Counted from the stretch's first letter, positions 34,030 to 46,700 are shown. The stretch: DNA of 64,000 nucleotides from Picochlorum sp. SENEW3 (GCA_034226945.1 CP120464.1:248001-312000); one strand, 5' to 3'. Program-made: numbers and translations. Notes: a model not told the origin generated them from the letters alone.

Positions 34030-35485
34030 ATTTCGTAGCAATATCTCCCACAAAGTCATCCTCCCATGGCTTTCCCAACAAAGTAATTCCAAAAGGTATT
34101 GTGGCATCTGACCCGTCCCCATCTTCAGTTCGAATTCGATCATTCAGGTTGCACTTGAACCTTCCACTGGGCACGGATATGCCACACATCCCAAGGAAAT
34201 TGACGAAATTCGTGAAGCGACCCAAGTTTGCATTCAGAGACCCAATTCCTTGCTCTTCTTGCCCTAGTATTTCTTTAATTGTATAGTGATATGCAGCAGT
34301 TGGCACCAGCAAAACATCAATCCTATCCAATTCTTTCCTGGCGAGGGCCTTGATTCTATCCAACTGCTCCATTGATCCAAACACATCTGCAGAGCTATAT
34401 TGCCGTGTATTATCAATGATCTTTCGCGTGATCAAAAGCATTCGATTGTCTCCAGATACATCTTTAACAGAGCCTTTTGGTTGCTCCTCTTTCTCCAAAA
34501 ATGCCCTGATACCTTGATACCTCTCTGCCACAAAAGCACCTTCATAGAGTAGAGAGGCAATCTTCTCAAACGGCGAAAAATCAATGTCCACCCTTCTTCC
34601 TCCAATCTTCTCGAGCTTTTTTGATGCGTCCTCATAACAAGACATCATACATTGTTTGACATGGTCACCCCCAGGCCCATCGAAGCGCAAGAACCTAGTC
34701 TCTAGCACAGCAAATGTAAACCCGCCATCTCCTAGCATCTTCTCCTTGGATTCTTTGATCCTAGGCCTCCAGGACGAATCGTAAGGATCGTTGTTCTCAA
34801 TCAATTTTAAAACTTTTCTTCCGTCTTGTACATTCAGTGCAAAGACTGATGGACAGTCGAGAGATCTGCAAGCAGGGACCACACCCATGGTAGAACACAA
34901 CCCAACTGTAGGTTTCATTCCCACAATGCCATTCAAACCTGCAGGAACTCTTCCAGACCCTGCCGTGTCAGTTCCAAAAGCAAAGCTGCATAATCCTGCC
35001 GCCACTGCAACAGCAGATCCAGAAGATGAACCACCCGGAACCAGTCCTCTGTGATATTTATTTGGTGGGATTCCATAGGGTGACCGTGTTCCAACCAAAC
35101 CACACGCAAATTGGTCCAAGTTCACCTTTCCCATGTACACTGCCCCTTCCCTCAACACAGCCTCAACAACTTTAGCTCCTCTAGAGGATTGATACGAAAA
35201 GGAAGGACATGCTGCTGTCGTGGGATATCCAGCAACATCAATGTTATCCTTCACAGCAAAAGGGACACCATAGAGCACCCCACGCTGCTCCTGTGAAAAG
35301 CTTTCAATCTCCTCGCAGCGCCGGACGACAGATTCGACAGAGGGTATATCTATGAAAATGTTTTCAGATTCGCATATTTTCTTGTGCAGATCGAGGCAAA
35401 TCTGGGTCGGCGTGGTCGTTCCAGTTGAGTAGGCCTGCTGCAGGCCGTCGACTGTCAAGTCACGCAAGGCATTCTCGCCAGCCAT
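34016..35485 (-). CDS. DUR2: Allophanate hydrolase, amidase (N) domain only
   Basis: GVPFAVKDNID, GLVGTRSPYG, GGSSSGS, GTDTAGSGRVPA and N.NLGRFTNFVN; the ORF stops right after PFGITLLG, with no C domain. Confidence 0.92.
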   Translation of the reverse strand: MAGENALRDLTVDGLQQAYSTGTTTPTQICLDLHKKICESENIFIDIPSVESVVRRCEEIESFSQEQRGVLYGVPFAVKDNIDVAGYPTTAACPSFSYQSSRGAKVVEAVLREGAVYMGKVNLDQFACGLVGTRSPYGIPPNKYHRGLVPGGSSSGSAVAVAAGLCSFAFGTDTAGSGRVPAGLNGIVGMKPTVGLCSTMGVVPACRSLDCPSVFALNVQDGRKVLKLIENNDPYDSSWRPRIKESKEKMLGDGGFTFAVLETRFLRFDGPGGDHVKQCMMSCYEDASKKLEKIGGRRVDIDFSPFEKIASLLYEGAFVAERYQGIRAFLEKEEQPKGSVKDVSGDNRMLLITRKIIDNTRQYSSADVFGSMEQLDRIKALARKELDRIDVLLVPTAAYHYTIKEILGQEEQGIGSLNANLGRFTNFVNFLGMCGISVPSGRFKCNLNDRIRTEDGDGSDATIPFGITLLGKPWEDDFVGDIATKFTGF

Positions 35486-35590
35486 TCCTCCAAAAGACTG
35501 TCTCAAGGAAATTTTATACTTGTACCCAAGTATCAGTGGGAAATGATCGCCATCAACGGTGCTTGTAGCCAAAGTTCGCATGCAGCAAAC

Positions 35591-35615
35591 CTAGGGTTTA
35601 TTTGAAACCCTAGCC
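35591..35615. promoter_or_regulatory. Inverted telo-box-like pair in the AH-N/AH-C bidirectional promoter
   Basis: ctagggttt-atttg-aaaccctag is a perfect 9-bp inverted repeat containing AAACCCTA. Confidence 0.55.
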
Positions 35616-35773
35616 AGGGCCAGGCGGCGCCTTTCTTCTCTTGCTAGGTCTGGAATTTTCCAAGGCCTTCAGTGGTAAGACTCCTATTCGTTGAAGCGAA
35701 AGGATTGATGATACATTACTGTGTGTATGGGTTATAATCTGTCACGCATGTCCACCAATAATTGATTTGATCG

Positions 35774-36190
35774 ATGAAGTTGGCAGTGTGCGGTCTTCAC
35801 TTGCGTGGGCAGGTGCTCAACTCACAACTCACGGACCTGGGAGCCACTTTTATCCGTGAATGCCAGAGTTCAGCGGCGTACAGGCTTTTCGCATTCACTG
35901 ACTCTTCTGGTAAAACCAAGCCAGGCATGGTGAGGCCTTTCGACAACAAAGGCTGCGCCTCAATTGCAATGGAATTGTGGGATTTGCCAACTGAGAACTT
36001 TGGGTCGTTTGTGTCACTGATTCCAGCCCCTTTGGGTATCGGTAGTGTGGAATTACATGATGGAACATATGTGCATGGATTTATTTGTGAAGCCTGGGTT
36101 ATGGAGGCAGCTGAGCGAGGTAACTCTCGCTGCAAAGAGATCACCCAGTACGGAGGTTGGCTGCAATTTATGCAAGATCGAGGCAAGTGA
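35774..36190 (+). CDS. Allophanate hydrolase C-terminal domain as a stand-alone gene
   Basis: LAVCGLHLRGQVLNSQL, YRLFA, KPGMVR, ELWDLP...FGSFV..IPAPLGIGSVEL.DG..V.GFICE and ITQYGGW cover the full AH C-domain motif series. Confidence 0.9.
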   Translation: MKLAVCGLHLRGQVLNSQLTDLGATFIRECQSSAAYRLFAFTDSSGKTKPGMVRPFDNKGCASIAMELWDLPTENFGSFVSLIPAPLGIGSVELHDGTYVHGFICEAWVMEAAERGNSRCKEITQYGGWLQFMQDRGK

Positions 36191-36253
36191 TGCTCTATTT
36201 CGTTACAGATACGTACAAAAAATTTAATTTAAAAATAAAAAGATTGTCTGCAA

Positions 36254-39200
36254 TCATTCTACGAGGCAAAGGGGTGCTCCTTGCTGTACCATGTCTCCAA
36301 CAGTAACACCAACATGGGTGACGATGCCATCCCTCAGGGCACTCACTGCATACTCCATTTTCATCGCTTCAAGAACCATGATTGTCTCTCCCTTGGATAC
36401 TTGATCACCACTGTTCCTTTTCAGCTCCCACACTGTCCCTGTCACCTGAGATCTCACCGTGGCGCCTTCTTTTCCTCTGAATGCTGCCCCGTTGTCATCA
36501 TCAGCACAGTCCTGGATCTCATTCTGAACAAACATCAACTGTTCTGCATCAATCGCCATCTGCTCCTTCATAGCTACCTGCTGTCTTGCTTTTAATGCTG
36601 CGGTTTCAGTTGAAACGTCTTTCACGAGTTTGTTGTATTCCTCCATGGAAAACATGCCTTGGTCAATCTTGATGGAAAGTTGCCCATTTTTAAAGTCCTT
36701 TCTGAGGCTATCCAGCTCTTGTTCACTGACTTCGTAGTATTGAATTCTGTCAAAATTTCTCAAAAGCCAGGGCTTTTCTGGTTCAAATGGACCAGCTCTT
36801 GGGAACATGTTCCAAATTGGAAGGGTTCTACCAATCAGCTGATATCCTCCAGGTGAGTTCATTGGGTAGATGCACATCTGCAATGCATACGGTGCGTGAT
36901 GAGAAAGATAAAGGTATAATATTTGTAATCAAGATAATGGACGTACATAGCTGCCTCCAATGCCAACAGCGCCCTCTGGTGTGAACGTCCTGGCAGGATT
37001 GTATTTGGGAACGACCAATCTGTGCCTAGGGTCCACTGGTACTGCACAGGGAGCTCCGAGATAGACATCTCCTAAGCCAAGAACCATATATGAAGCTTCC
37101 AGCACTGTTTTCTTGACAAAAGACTTCTCATCCTGATAGATCCCATTGTTTTTGGCGACGAAATCAATATTGGATGGGAGGTACGGTGCCTTGGATCGGA
37201 TGGACTTGGTGTACTTTTGGATCGCATCGTTGATTGAAGAATCATCAAATGCAATTGGCAGATGAAGTACTCTGCTCTGAAGTTCAGTTGTTTGCGCCAT
37301 AGATTGCAACTCTTGCTCAGCATGCGCAACTGATGTCAAAAGATCTTTGAGATGAAGCAAATCAGGGTTATACTCAATCATCAAAGACCTCACTCCAGGA
37401 CTGGCTTCCACAAATCCGTCAATAGGGTTCCTATCAAACCATTCCTCCAGCAACTTTACACGAACCCGCAAATTCAGGTCCAACTCCATTGGGCCATACT
37501 CGACAAAAATGTACCTGTCTCCAGCAAGTCTCACAATGACCTTTGGGGATTTTGAAGTGGCCGGGATTTCAAGCAAAATAGCTTCAGTGGGAGGATATGC
37601 CACCTTTGCCAAATCTTCATTCATAGATGGACATTCGATTTCCAAAGCAGAGCTGGTGAGGGAGCTGATCATTTGTTCTCTGGTTGCTCGGCCTATTGCT
37701 GCCTCTTCCAAGGATAACTTTTTGAAACGAATTGTGTCACCTGGACGAACTTGGCCCATTTTCCACATCTCAGATGAAACAACTGTAACTGGACAGACAA
37801 ATCCACCCAAAGAAGGCCCATCTACGGTCAAAACAACTGGCATGTCTCCTGTGTAATTGATGGCACCAATAGCATAGACATGGTCATGCACATTAGAGGG
37901 GTGTGATCCCCCATCACCGCCATCTTTCCTAGCAAATCTTGGTTTGGGTCCTTGTAATCGAATTCCAAGTCTATTGCTATTGTGATGAACTGTGAAATCT
38001 GTGGCAAAGAATTCATCCACGTCCTCCTGTGTGAAGTAATCTGGAGCTGACTGCGGACCTGGCAACACGCCAATTTCCCATGTGTCCCCATTTTCGGAGG
38101 GGAAATTTGGTTGCAATGGTGTAGGAACTTCTTGTAAGTTTTTGAGGAGATTGGAAGGAGTAAGTGGGATGATATCACCGGCTCGCAAGGCTCTTCCTTG
38201 GTGTCCACCAAAGCAGCCACCTGGGAATGTTGACCTGCTCCCCAAATATTTGGGGACGTCAACTCCTCCCCTGAAAGCAATATACGCCCTTGAACCCTTA
38301 TTTATGGCTCCAATACTCACAACAGATCCAGCTGAAAGGTCGATAGCTTTCCAGCAGGGCAAATCCACGGCACCGTTAGCTGTTGCCTCAACACCCATTC
38401 CACATATTGCTATCTGGGTCTCTTGGCTGACTTTGAATGTTGGACCAGTGAGAGTCACCTCTAAAGTTGCCGCTTCAGTTGTGTTTCCAACCAATGCATT
38501 TGCAATTCTGTGAGAAAGATCATCCATAGGCCCACTCGGTGGTACACCAACAGACCACATTCTCTTCCTTCCTGGGTAATCTTGCACCGATGTCATCAAC
38601 CCACCATCCAAGATCTCAATGAAAGCATTGGCAACCAAAGGGAAGCTTTGCAGGAATTTAGTTGTTGTCTTTCCCTCGATGAAAGCATCTGAGGTCACAA
38701 TGTTTCTTGCAAGATCTAGATTTGTGATCACACCCTTAATTGCTGTCCTCTCCAAAGCCATTTGCACCTTCTTGATGGCATCGGATCGATCAACAGCAGA
38801 ATACACCATTAATTTGGCAAGCAAAGAATCATAGTACGCTGATACTTCAACGCCAGCAGCAATGTACGTGTCAACACGAGCATCTGTTGGCCAGTGGACT
38901 TCTCCAATAATCCCTGTGCAAGGCCTGTAATCATGTGCTGGGTCTTCGGCGCAAATTCTACATTCGATTGCATGACCCACGGGATTAATAGGAGCGCTTG
39001 AGTCGAAATTTGGAAGGCGCTTCCTCTGGTCCTGACCAGAGTATGTGGCCCCTTGGAGCTGTAATTGCCATGCAACCAAATCAACACCAGAGACCATTTC
39101 TGTGATGCCATGCTCAACCTGCAGTCTGCAATTCACTTCGAGAAAATAGAAGCGACCAGAATCTTCATCCAGTATATATTCGACAGTTCCCGCTGATCGA

Positions 39201-40149
39201 TATTTGATTGCAGAACCAAGTGCTCTTGCAGCCTCTTGCAGCTCTCTCCGCAGTTCTGGTCTGGAATGCACAAATGGCGACGGAGTTTCTTCAATGACCT
39301 TCTGGTGCCTCCTCTGCATTTTACCCGTTTGTATTGAGCACAAATTTGTATCAAACGAAGGAGTAGAATATTCGTGCAGCATAGAGACATACCTGGATGG
39401 AGCATTCTCTTTCAGGGAAAGTGATGATGTTGCCTTGACCATCACCAAATATCTGAATTTCAATGTGGCGAGCGTTTTGAACGTACTTCTCCACAAAGAC
39501 ACCACTATCACCAAAAGCAGCCTCTCCTTGACGAACAGCTGACTTAAACTTCTCTGTGACATCATCTTCCGTCCAGCAAATGTGGATCCCAATGCCCCCT
39601 CCTCCTCCAGTCGCTTTCAACAGTACTGGGAGACCAATCTCTTTGGAGGCTTCCAGTGCTTCCTCAGCACACGTCAAAAGTGAAGTCCCAGGAAGGATAG
39701 GAACTCCTGCATTTTCTGCAATGGCTCGTGCAGTATGTTTCTGGCTGAAAGATTCCATGATGTCAGCACTGGGTCCAACAAACACAATCCCAGCATCAGC
39801 ACACTTCCCAGCAAACTCCGTGTTTTCCGACAGGAAACCATACCCAGGATGTACAGCATCCGCTCCTGCATGTAAGAATGTGATGATCACTAGACGATCG
39901 ATTGCTGATAAAATGTGGCACAATTACAAGACGCTTACCTGTTTCCTGGCACACTTGAATCAGTTTATCACCATTCAGGTATTCCTTTGGGTTGCTCCCC
40001 AAACAGTACGATTCTCTTGCCCCAAGAACATGACCACTCATAACATCTTGATCTGTGTAAATGACCACGTATGGTAGACCGATTTCTTCACATGCGCGAG
40101 AGGCTCTCACAGCAATTTCGCCACGGTTGGCGACCAAGACTTTTTTCAT
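36254..40149 (-). CDS. DUR1: Urea carboxylase, 4 exons
   Basis: Biotin carboxylase (VLVANRGEIA, HPGYGFLSEN, CSIQRRHQK), carboxyltransferase (GVPPSGPMD, GGSHPSNVHD, KYNPARTFTPEG) and biotinyl EAMKM. Introns 39866-39938, 39314-39392 and 36878-36946. Confidence 0.96.
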
Positions 40150-40434
40150 CCGATCGATTTCGATGCCTCACAGAAACTTTAAAAAAAAGTTCAAAAGATA
40201 CAATATGACGTCAAATGCTGCAGCTGTGGCAGATCTACTGCAATAGAAGGCGTTGGCAAAGCGTACGACAAGAAAAGTTTTGCTTCCTGATTTGCTGCTT
40301 CCTTTATGGTGCGGGCAGATGCAAATACTTTCAGAATACTCCTAGAAAAGAGATCCGATATCACAAAAGTTTATTTCATGATTGTCCGCCACTATTGCCC
40401 TCATAGTGGATGACTTGTCAATTTCTTTCTCTGG

Positions 40435-40465
40435 CCCTAGGGTTAGGGCAAACTAAACCCTAGCC
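40435..40465. promoter_or_regulatory. Inverted telo-box-like pair in the DUR1/DUR3 bidirectional promoter
   Basis: ccctagggttagggcaaactaaaccctagcc; shares ctagggtt and aaaccctagcc with 35591-35615. Confidence 0.55.
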
Positions 40466-40754
40466 TACTACCGAGACTTTTGGAACCATCTCCCATCAGA
40501 CGAGGCCTTTGTAGGGTGGGCAATTTGCCCTACCCCGTACGCGTGCATGACGGCGGTTTGACCTCGCAGGTTGCCCAGATCTAGGGCTGCGTTGAGGAAG
40601 AAAACGATAAACGAAAAATAAGTATTTCGTGGTCAAAATTATCATAAATATTCCACAGATTTTATTTACTCTGTGGCTACCGCTCTCATATATTGTCGTT
40701 GCTTGCACGTGTCATAGACGCTGAGAAACTTGAAAGCCCGTTCCTATTTTTATC

Positions 40755-43122
40755 ATGGCGGAGACACAGTGCCCTAGTGGAGAGGTATGCCTTTGTCAGT
40801 GCATCATTATTCGTTTAGTGAATGTTTTTGACTGCTTCTACCGATAAACTTCCATGGTATCCGGATGGTAATGGCGCCGGCGGCAGTCTACATGCCCTTA
40901 GGGCATGCAGGAGCTCGCTTACAAGGAATTACATAGGCTTCCGGAAGCATCCACTGACTGTTTCCCCTCTCCAAACATGCAGGGACCAGCCAATTTGTTT
41001 GGCCTGTCACAGTTTGATTTCTGTACATCATTTTTTGGAGGACAAGCACCATTGTCACAAGGTACGTGGCCGATACATCATCAGGAGTTGAGTTCATTTT
41101 GTGTTTTGATGGCGCTTCTCTATGCATGCAGCCGCTGGATATTCCATGGTGGTCTTGTTCGGTGTGATCTTCTCGATCATTACATCTGGCTTGATCTGGC
41201 TGGAGTGGAAATTCGTGGGAGCTAGTACTTCATCGGAACAATTCAATACCGCTGGGAGAACTGTGAAGACTGGATTGATTGCCAATGTCATTGTCTCGCA
41301 GTGGACATGGGCTGCCACATTGCTCCAAAGTTCCAACGTTGCTTGGCAATATGGAATATCTGGACCTTTCTGGTACGCTGCTGGAGCTACTGTTCAAATT
41401 ATTCTCTTTGGTATCCTTGCTGTTGAAATCAAGAGAAAAGCACCAAATGCTCACACCATGTTGGAAATTGTGAGAGCTCGCTGGGGTAACACAGCTCACA
41501 AGGTCTTCTTTGTCTTTGGACTCGTCACTAACATCATTGTGACGTCTATGCTTTTGCTTGGAGGCGCATCCGTCATGAATGCATTGACTGGAATGGATCT
41601 TTATGCAGCATGCATGCTGATTCCTATTGGAGTGGTTCTGTACACTGCTATCGGAGGACTCAAGGCCACATTCATGGCCTCCTGCATCAACTCCTGGTAT
41701 GTTCTAGTGATGCTGTGCCTCTTCTCTCTATGCGTCTACGCAGGCAACTATTATCCTCTTGGATCTCCATCCAATGTGTACAATGATCTGCAAACCTTCA
41801 CTTCCACGCCAGCTCCTGCAAACGCAACAGAGTATCCTGCCGTGGCAGATCTCAAGCTTGGGCCAGTCCAAGACAACAAAGGTGGATCCTTTGTTACCAT
41901 GTACTCTCAGGGAGGCTTGATCTTTGGAATTATCAATATTATTGGAAACTTTGGAACTGTTTTCGTGGATCAGTCCTACTACATGGGAGCCATTGCATCC
42001 AAGCCATCTGCTTCTTGGAAAGGGTATCTTTTGGGTGGTCTCATGTGGTTCTCTATTCCATTCACTTTGGCCACTTCTCTTGGATTGGCTTCTAGAGCTG
42101 CTGGTCTTCCACTCTCTGCCACTGAAGCTGGTAATGGTCTTGTTCCTCCAGCCACAGCCACATTCTTGCTTGGAAATGCTGGATCTTGGTTGATTGCCAT
42201 CATGCTCTTGATGGCTGTTACATCCACAGCCAACTCGGAATTGATTGCTGTCTCCGCTTTGTTTTCATATGACATTTATCGTACCTATATCAACCCAAAA
42301 GCTACTGGAGATCAGATCAAGAAAGTATCTAGGTTGGGTATCATTGGTTTTGGTCTTTTCATGGGAGTGCTTGCCATTGTTCTCTTTGAAATTGGATTGA
42401 GTCTAGGATGGGTATACCTTTTCATGGGAATTGCAATTGGAGGAGCAGTTGCACCAATTTACTTCTGTCTCACTTGGTCAAAGGCTTCCGCCACTGGCGC
42501 TATTGTGGGAGCCATTTCCGGATTGATCTCTGGGCTCGTGTGCTGGCTTGTCATTGCCCAGGCACACTTTGGGGAAATCACAGTTGACACGCTGGGTGAG
42601 AACTACTCAATGCTTGGTGGAAATTTGTGTGCGATATTTGTCTCAGCCATTGTCTGCGCCGTGATTTCATTTATCAGGCCCCAGGAATACGACTGGCAGA
42701 CAACGAGAGAAATTGCCCTTGTTGAGGAAGATGGACTGGAGAAGGAGGTGGAAGCCCCAGAGGATTCCAGCCAAGCCATGGATAGGGCCGCCAAAATTAT
42801 GAAATACGCGGGATGGGGATTCACTGCAGTCCTTATCATCATTTGGCCAGTCCTTACGTTGCCTGCTGGTGTGTTCTCTGTCGGATATTTCACCTTTTGG
42901 GTCATCCTGTCTTTGATTTGGGGACTTGCTGCTACCATTGCTGGGTTCTCTGTACCTCTCTGGGAGTCAAGAGACACTCTCTGGAGCATCCTCAAGGGCT
43001 TGGCCACATTCTCTCCAAACGATGACCCAACTAATTTCGACAAGGATATCCTCGCCCAGCAAGCTTTCCCAACAAAGTCTTTTGGAAGGATGGACCCACC
43101 AACAGACGACTCTGATAAGTAG
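40755..43122 (+). CDS. DUR3: High-affinity urea active transporter (SSS family), 3 exons
   Basis: SEQFNTAGR, VSQWTWAATLLQSS, YGISGPFWYAAGAT and GNFGTVFVDQSY; many TM helices. Introns start at 40785 and span 41063-41131. Confidence 0.95.
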
Positions 43123-43367
43123 AACGCCAACACTAGTGCCATTAATACGCATATAGCACTCTTTTCCCTCATAACGTTCCAGAAATCACTTCAGCATATT
43201 GTAAATACATCCATAAGAGTTCAAGGATGGATCCTCAACGAAACCAATAAAGAAAACTCTTCATCATGAAGAATTTTCAATGGGAAACCATGATCATCTC
43301 ATGAGAGAGAGGCACCAATTGCTATAATTCGAAATTATAATACACCTGTGAAACAATAAATAAAATA

Positions 43368-43650
43368 CAGGCAAATTATTTTTTTTCGCGAGATGTCGTT
43401 TTCGCGAGCTGGTTGAGAAGAAATTTTCAATGAGAACTGACATGTATTGTTCGCGAGGCTCGTCTCAAAGTGGTAACTTTGCTTGTACCCTCGGTCAAAA
43501 TGAGCCTTCGATGGGAATATTATGTGAAGCACTCAGTGAAAAAGGGGACTACTTTCAGCTATTCTTCGCGATTGGTCTCTCAGAAGGGGTGATAGGTAGC
43601 GTTTACTTCGCGAAGAACTCAGATATATCGCGAAAAAAATAATTTGCCTG
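43368..43650. mobile_element. MITE (non-autonomous DNA transposon, Tc1/mariner-type ends), 283 bp
   Basis: TIR CAGGCAAATTATTTTTTTTCGCGA / TCGCGAAAAAAATAATTTGCCTG (one T indel), TA on both flanks (43366-67, 43651-52), no coding capacity. Confidence 0.8.
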
Positions 43651-43725
43651 TATCGTTGGATGAAATGAGGTTGTAAAAATGGATGAATGCTTGAAATAGA
43701 AGCCTGACGAATTGTGAAATTCAAA

Positions 43726-46700
43726 ATGGACACTCCCAGTCCCGATGAAATCTTCTCACGATACCGTTGCCAAAATCTGAATGGAATTGATGTGGAGAAA
43801 TTAGATCATCCTGGGGATGTTGTGGAGTCGGCTTCTTTAGCGGCTGTTGACTTGCCCAAAACAGGGTATCAGTTGGCGTTGCCTGATGCCGTGATCAGGC
43901 AGTCTCTGAGCTCATTGCAGGTTGAAGGGGTCATCTATGCATGTTCCAAGCATCAGGAAATTCTACCATCGGGGGAGCGTGCAGGGTTTTGCATAGGAGA
44001 TGGTGCAGGCATAGGCAAGGGTCGTCAGATTTCGGCTGTTTTCTTGGAAAATTTCCTCAGGGGAAGATCCAAGCATTTGTGGATATCGACGTCCAATGAT
44101 TTATACTTTGATGCATGCCGCGATATGAAGGATCTTGGAGCCCACATTCCTGTGATCAAGAGTCTGCAGGATTTGGAGCAAAGGCTGAACAAGCCCAGCC
44201 AGGGAATTTTGTTTACGACATATGCAACTCTGGCAAGTAGGAACAACAATTCTTTGCGTATGAGGCAGATTATTGAATGGCTAGGAGGAGATTCTTGGGA
44301 TGGAGTATTGGTGTTCGATGAAGCACACAAGGCAAAGCATGGATCTACAAAGGATGGTCAGGGCACGTTTGTGGCAAGCTCTGTTTTGTCTCTTCAAAAG
44401 TCTCTACCAAAGGCCAGGGTCTTGTACTGCTCTGCGACAGGGATTAGTGATATCCGTAATATGGCATATTTGTCTCGTATACAACTGTATGGTCCTGGAA
44501 CTCCATTTGCGACGTTTGATGATTTGGTGGCAAAGTTGGCCAATAAGGACATGAGCCTCTTGGAGATGTTGGCACAAGAATTGAAGCTGAATGGCTTTTA
44601 TGTGGCTCGGAACTTTTCATATGCAGGGGCTGAGTTTGAAGATATGCAAGTAAATCTCTCTGAGAGCCAAGTGGCAATGTATGATGGTGCTGTGGCTCTT
44701 TTGAGTGACATCAAAGATGGTATGGAGGAGGCAGCAGCTCTCACAGGATCTGATAACGCCTGGAATAGAGCATTTTGGGGAAGCGTACAGCGATTTTTTA
44801 AAATTTTGTGTGTATCTATGAAGGTGGACCCTGTTATACAGGAAGCAAAACAATCTTTAGAACAAGGATACGCTATAGTCATTGGATTACAAAGCACTGG
44901 AGAGGCTGCTGTTGAGAGCCTGGATTTAAGACCAGGGAGATCATACAACTTGGTGTCAGTGACACGGGAAATTTTACTCAATTTAGTAAGGAATCACTTT
45001 CCTCTGGGGAAGGACAAGAATCTGTCGGTTGCTGCTGCTGACATGGTTAGAGAGAAGCGCGATGCCTTGGTAGAGAGCATTTTGTCAGCAAATCTGCCTG
45101 GGAACTTTCTAGATGAATTAATAGATGGGCTTGGGGGGCCTGACCATGTTGCAGAATTGACGGGTCGGCGCGGTCGATTGGTGAAAGAATCAAAAAATTC
45201 TTGGAAAAATGAGCTGAGAGCTTCAGATTCCGAAATTGACTCCATCAATGTTCGGGAGAATCAGTTGTTCAATGATGGGAAAAAATTGGTTGCCATAGTT
45301 TCTGATGCGGCATCCACAGGAATTTCTCTCCATGCATCACGCAAGGTCAGTAATCAAAGGAGAAGAATCCATTATACGATTGAACTTCCCTGGAGTGCTG
45401 ACAAAGCCATCCAGCAGATGGGTCGATCTCATAGATCCAACCAAGCGTCTGCTCCAGTGTATAGACTCGTATTTACAAACGTTGGAGGAGAGAAACGGTT
45501 TGCTGCAGCTGTAGCGAAACGATTGCAATCTCTAGGTGCCCTGACTCGTGGAGATAGGAGAGCTTCAGGGTTCAACATGCAGTCGTTTCATTATGATTCT
45601 CCTGCTGGGAAAAGAGCTTTGAGAATCATGTTTGATCATATTTTAGCACAGGCACCAGTTCTCCCTCCAGGAATCTCGGCAAGTATATTTGATTTACTGC
45701 AAGGTAGTAAACAGAGCAATATAGCAAGCGTACATGCTGATATGAAGAAACTGATTGATGATATGGGATTGGAAGTGCCACGGACATCAAGAAAGTCTGG
45801 AGAGAGCGATGTCATCAAAAAGTTCCTAAATCGACTCTTAGCTATCCCACTCCGGGATCAGCAGATGTTATTTTCGTATTTCGAAGCAATATTAAATGAA
45901 GAGATGAGACGGGAAATGTATGCGGAAGGACAGATATCCTTTTCAAAAGTGTCTAGAGAAAGGGATCCAATTGCATTGTGGCAGGATGGCACCTCTAGAC
46001 TAGAGACGATTCGCCATGACCTTCTAATAGATCGAGGGACATCTTGGGACGAAGCTTTATCTTTACTGGGGTCTCAATCAACTGAGATTGAAAGAAATGG
46101 CTTTTACCAGTCCAAGAGACCTTTGCGTGGAAGCTCTATTCATCCAGTCTGTTTGATTATTCTGAATGAGACTACGAAGAAATTCGGCATCATTCGTCCA
46201 GCAACAGGGAAGTCAACATCAGAATTATTTGAGCATGAAATTAAATCGAAATACGTGAGCATCTCTCCAGATTCTGCAAAAGAAAGATGGGAAAGTTCAT
46301 ATGAGACCTCACAAGCAACATGCATCCACGGAGGTGGTTGCCAATTGGGATCCAAATGCACTGTTGGCCGCCGTCTACTTCCCACTACATTGCTTTCTGG
46401 CTCAGTCGTAAGAATATGGGATATCCTTGAAGCTGTCTTGCACAGGCATGAAAGAACACTGACCCGTATTGAGAGAAGCATGCGAGTGTTGCGAATAGAC
46501 TCTTTGGATGACAGTGGGCAGAGCGTTGTCGGTCTGAGATATCCTAGACGTATTCTACCAGAGGTTATAGAAATTCTCGAGTCCAAGCAGACATCAGGGG
46601 CGAGTCAAAGCCAGAGGTCATCAATGATAGAAGCTGTTACCCCAATCAATCCAGGATACATGAAAAGAGCTTTTGTGGAGCCTCAGAGATCGATCAAGAG

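Noticed and set aside
40450..40465. CTAAACCCTA as a telomerase RNA template or interstitial telomere
   Set aside because: Only 1-2 units inside a promoter hairpin; no tandem array or snRNA-type promoter seen.
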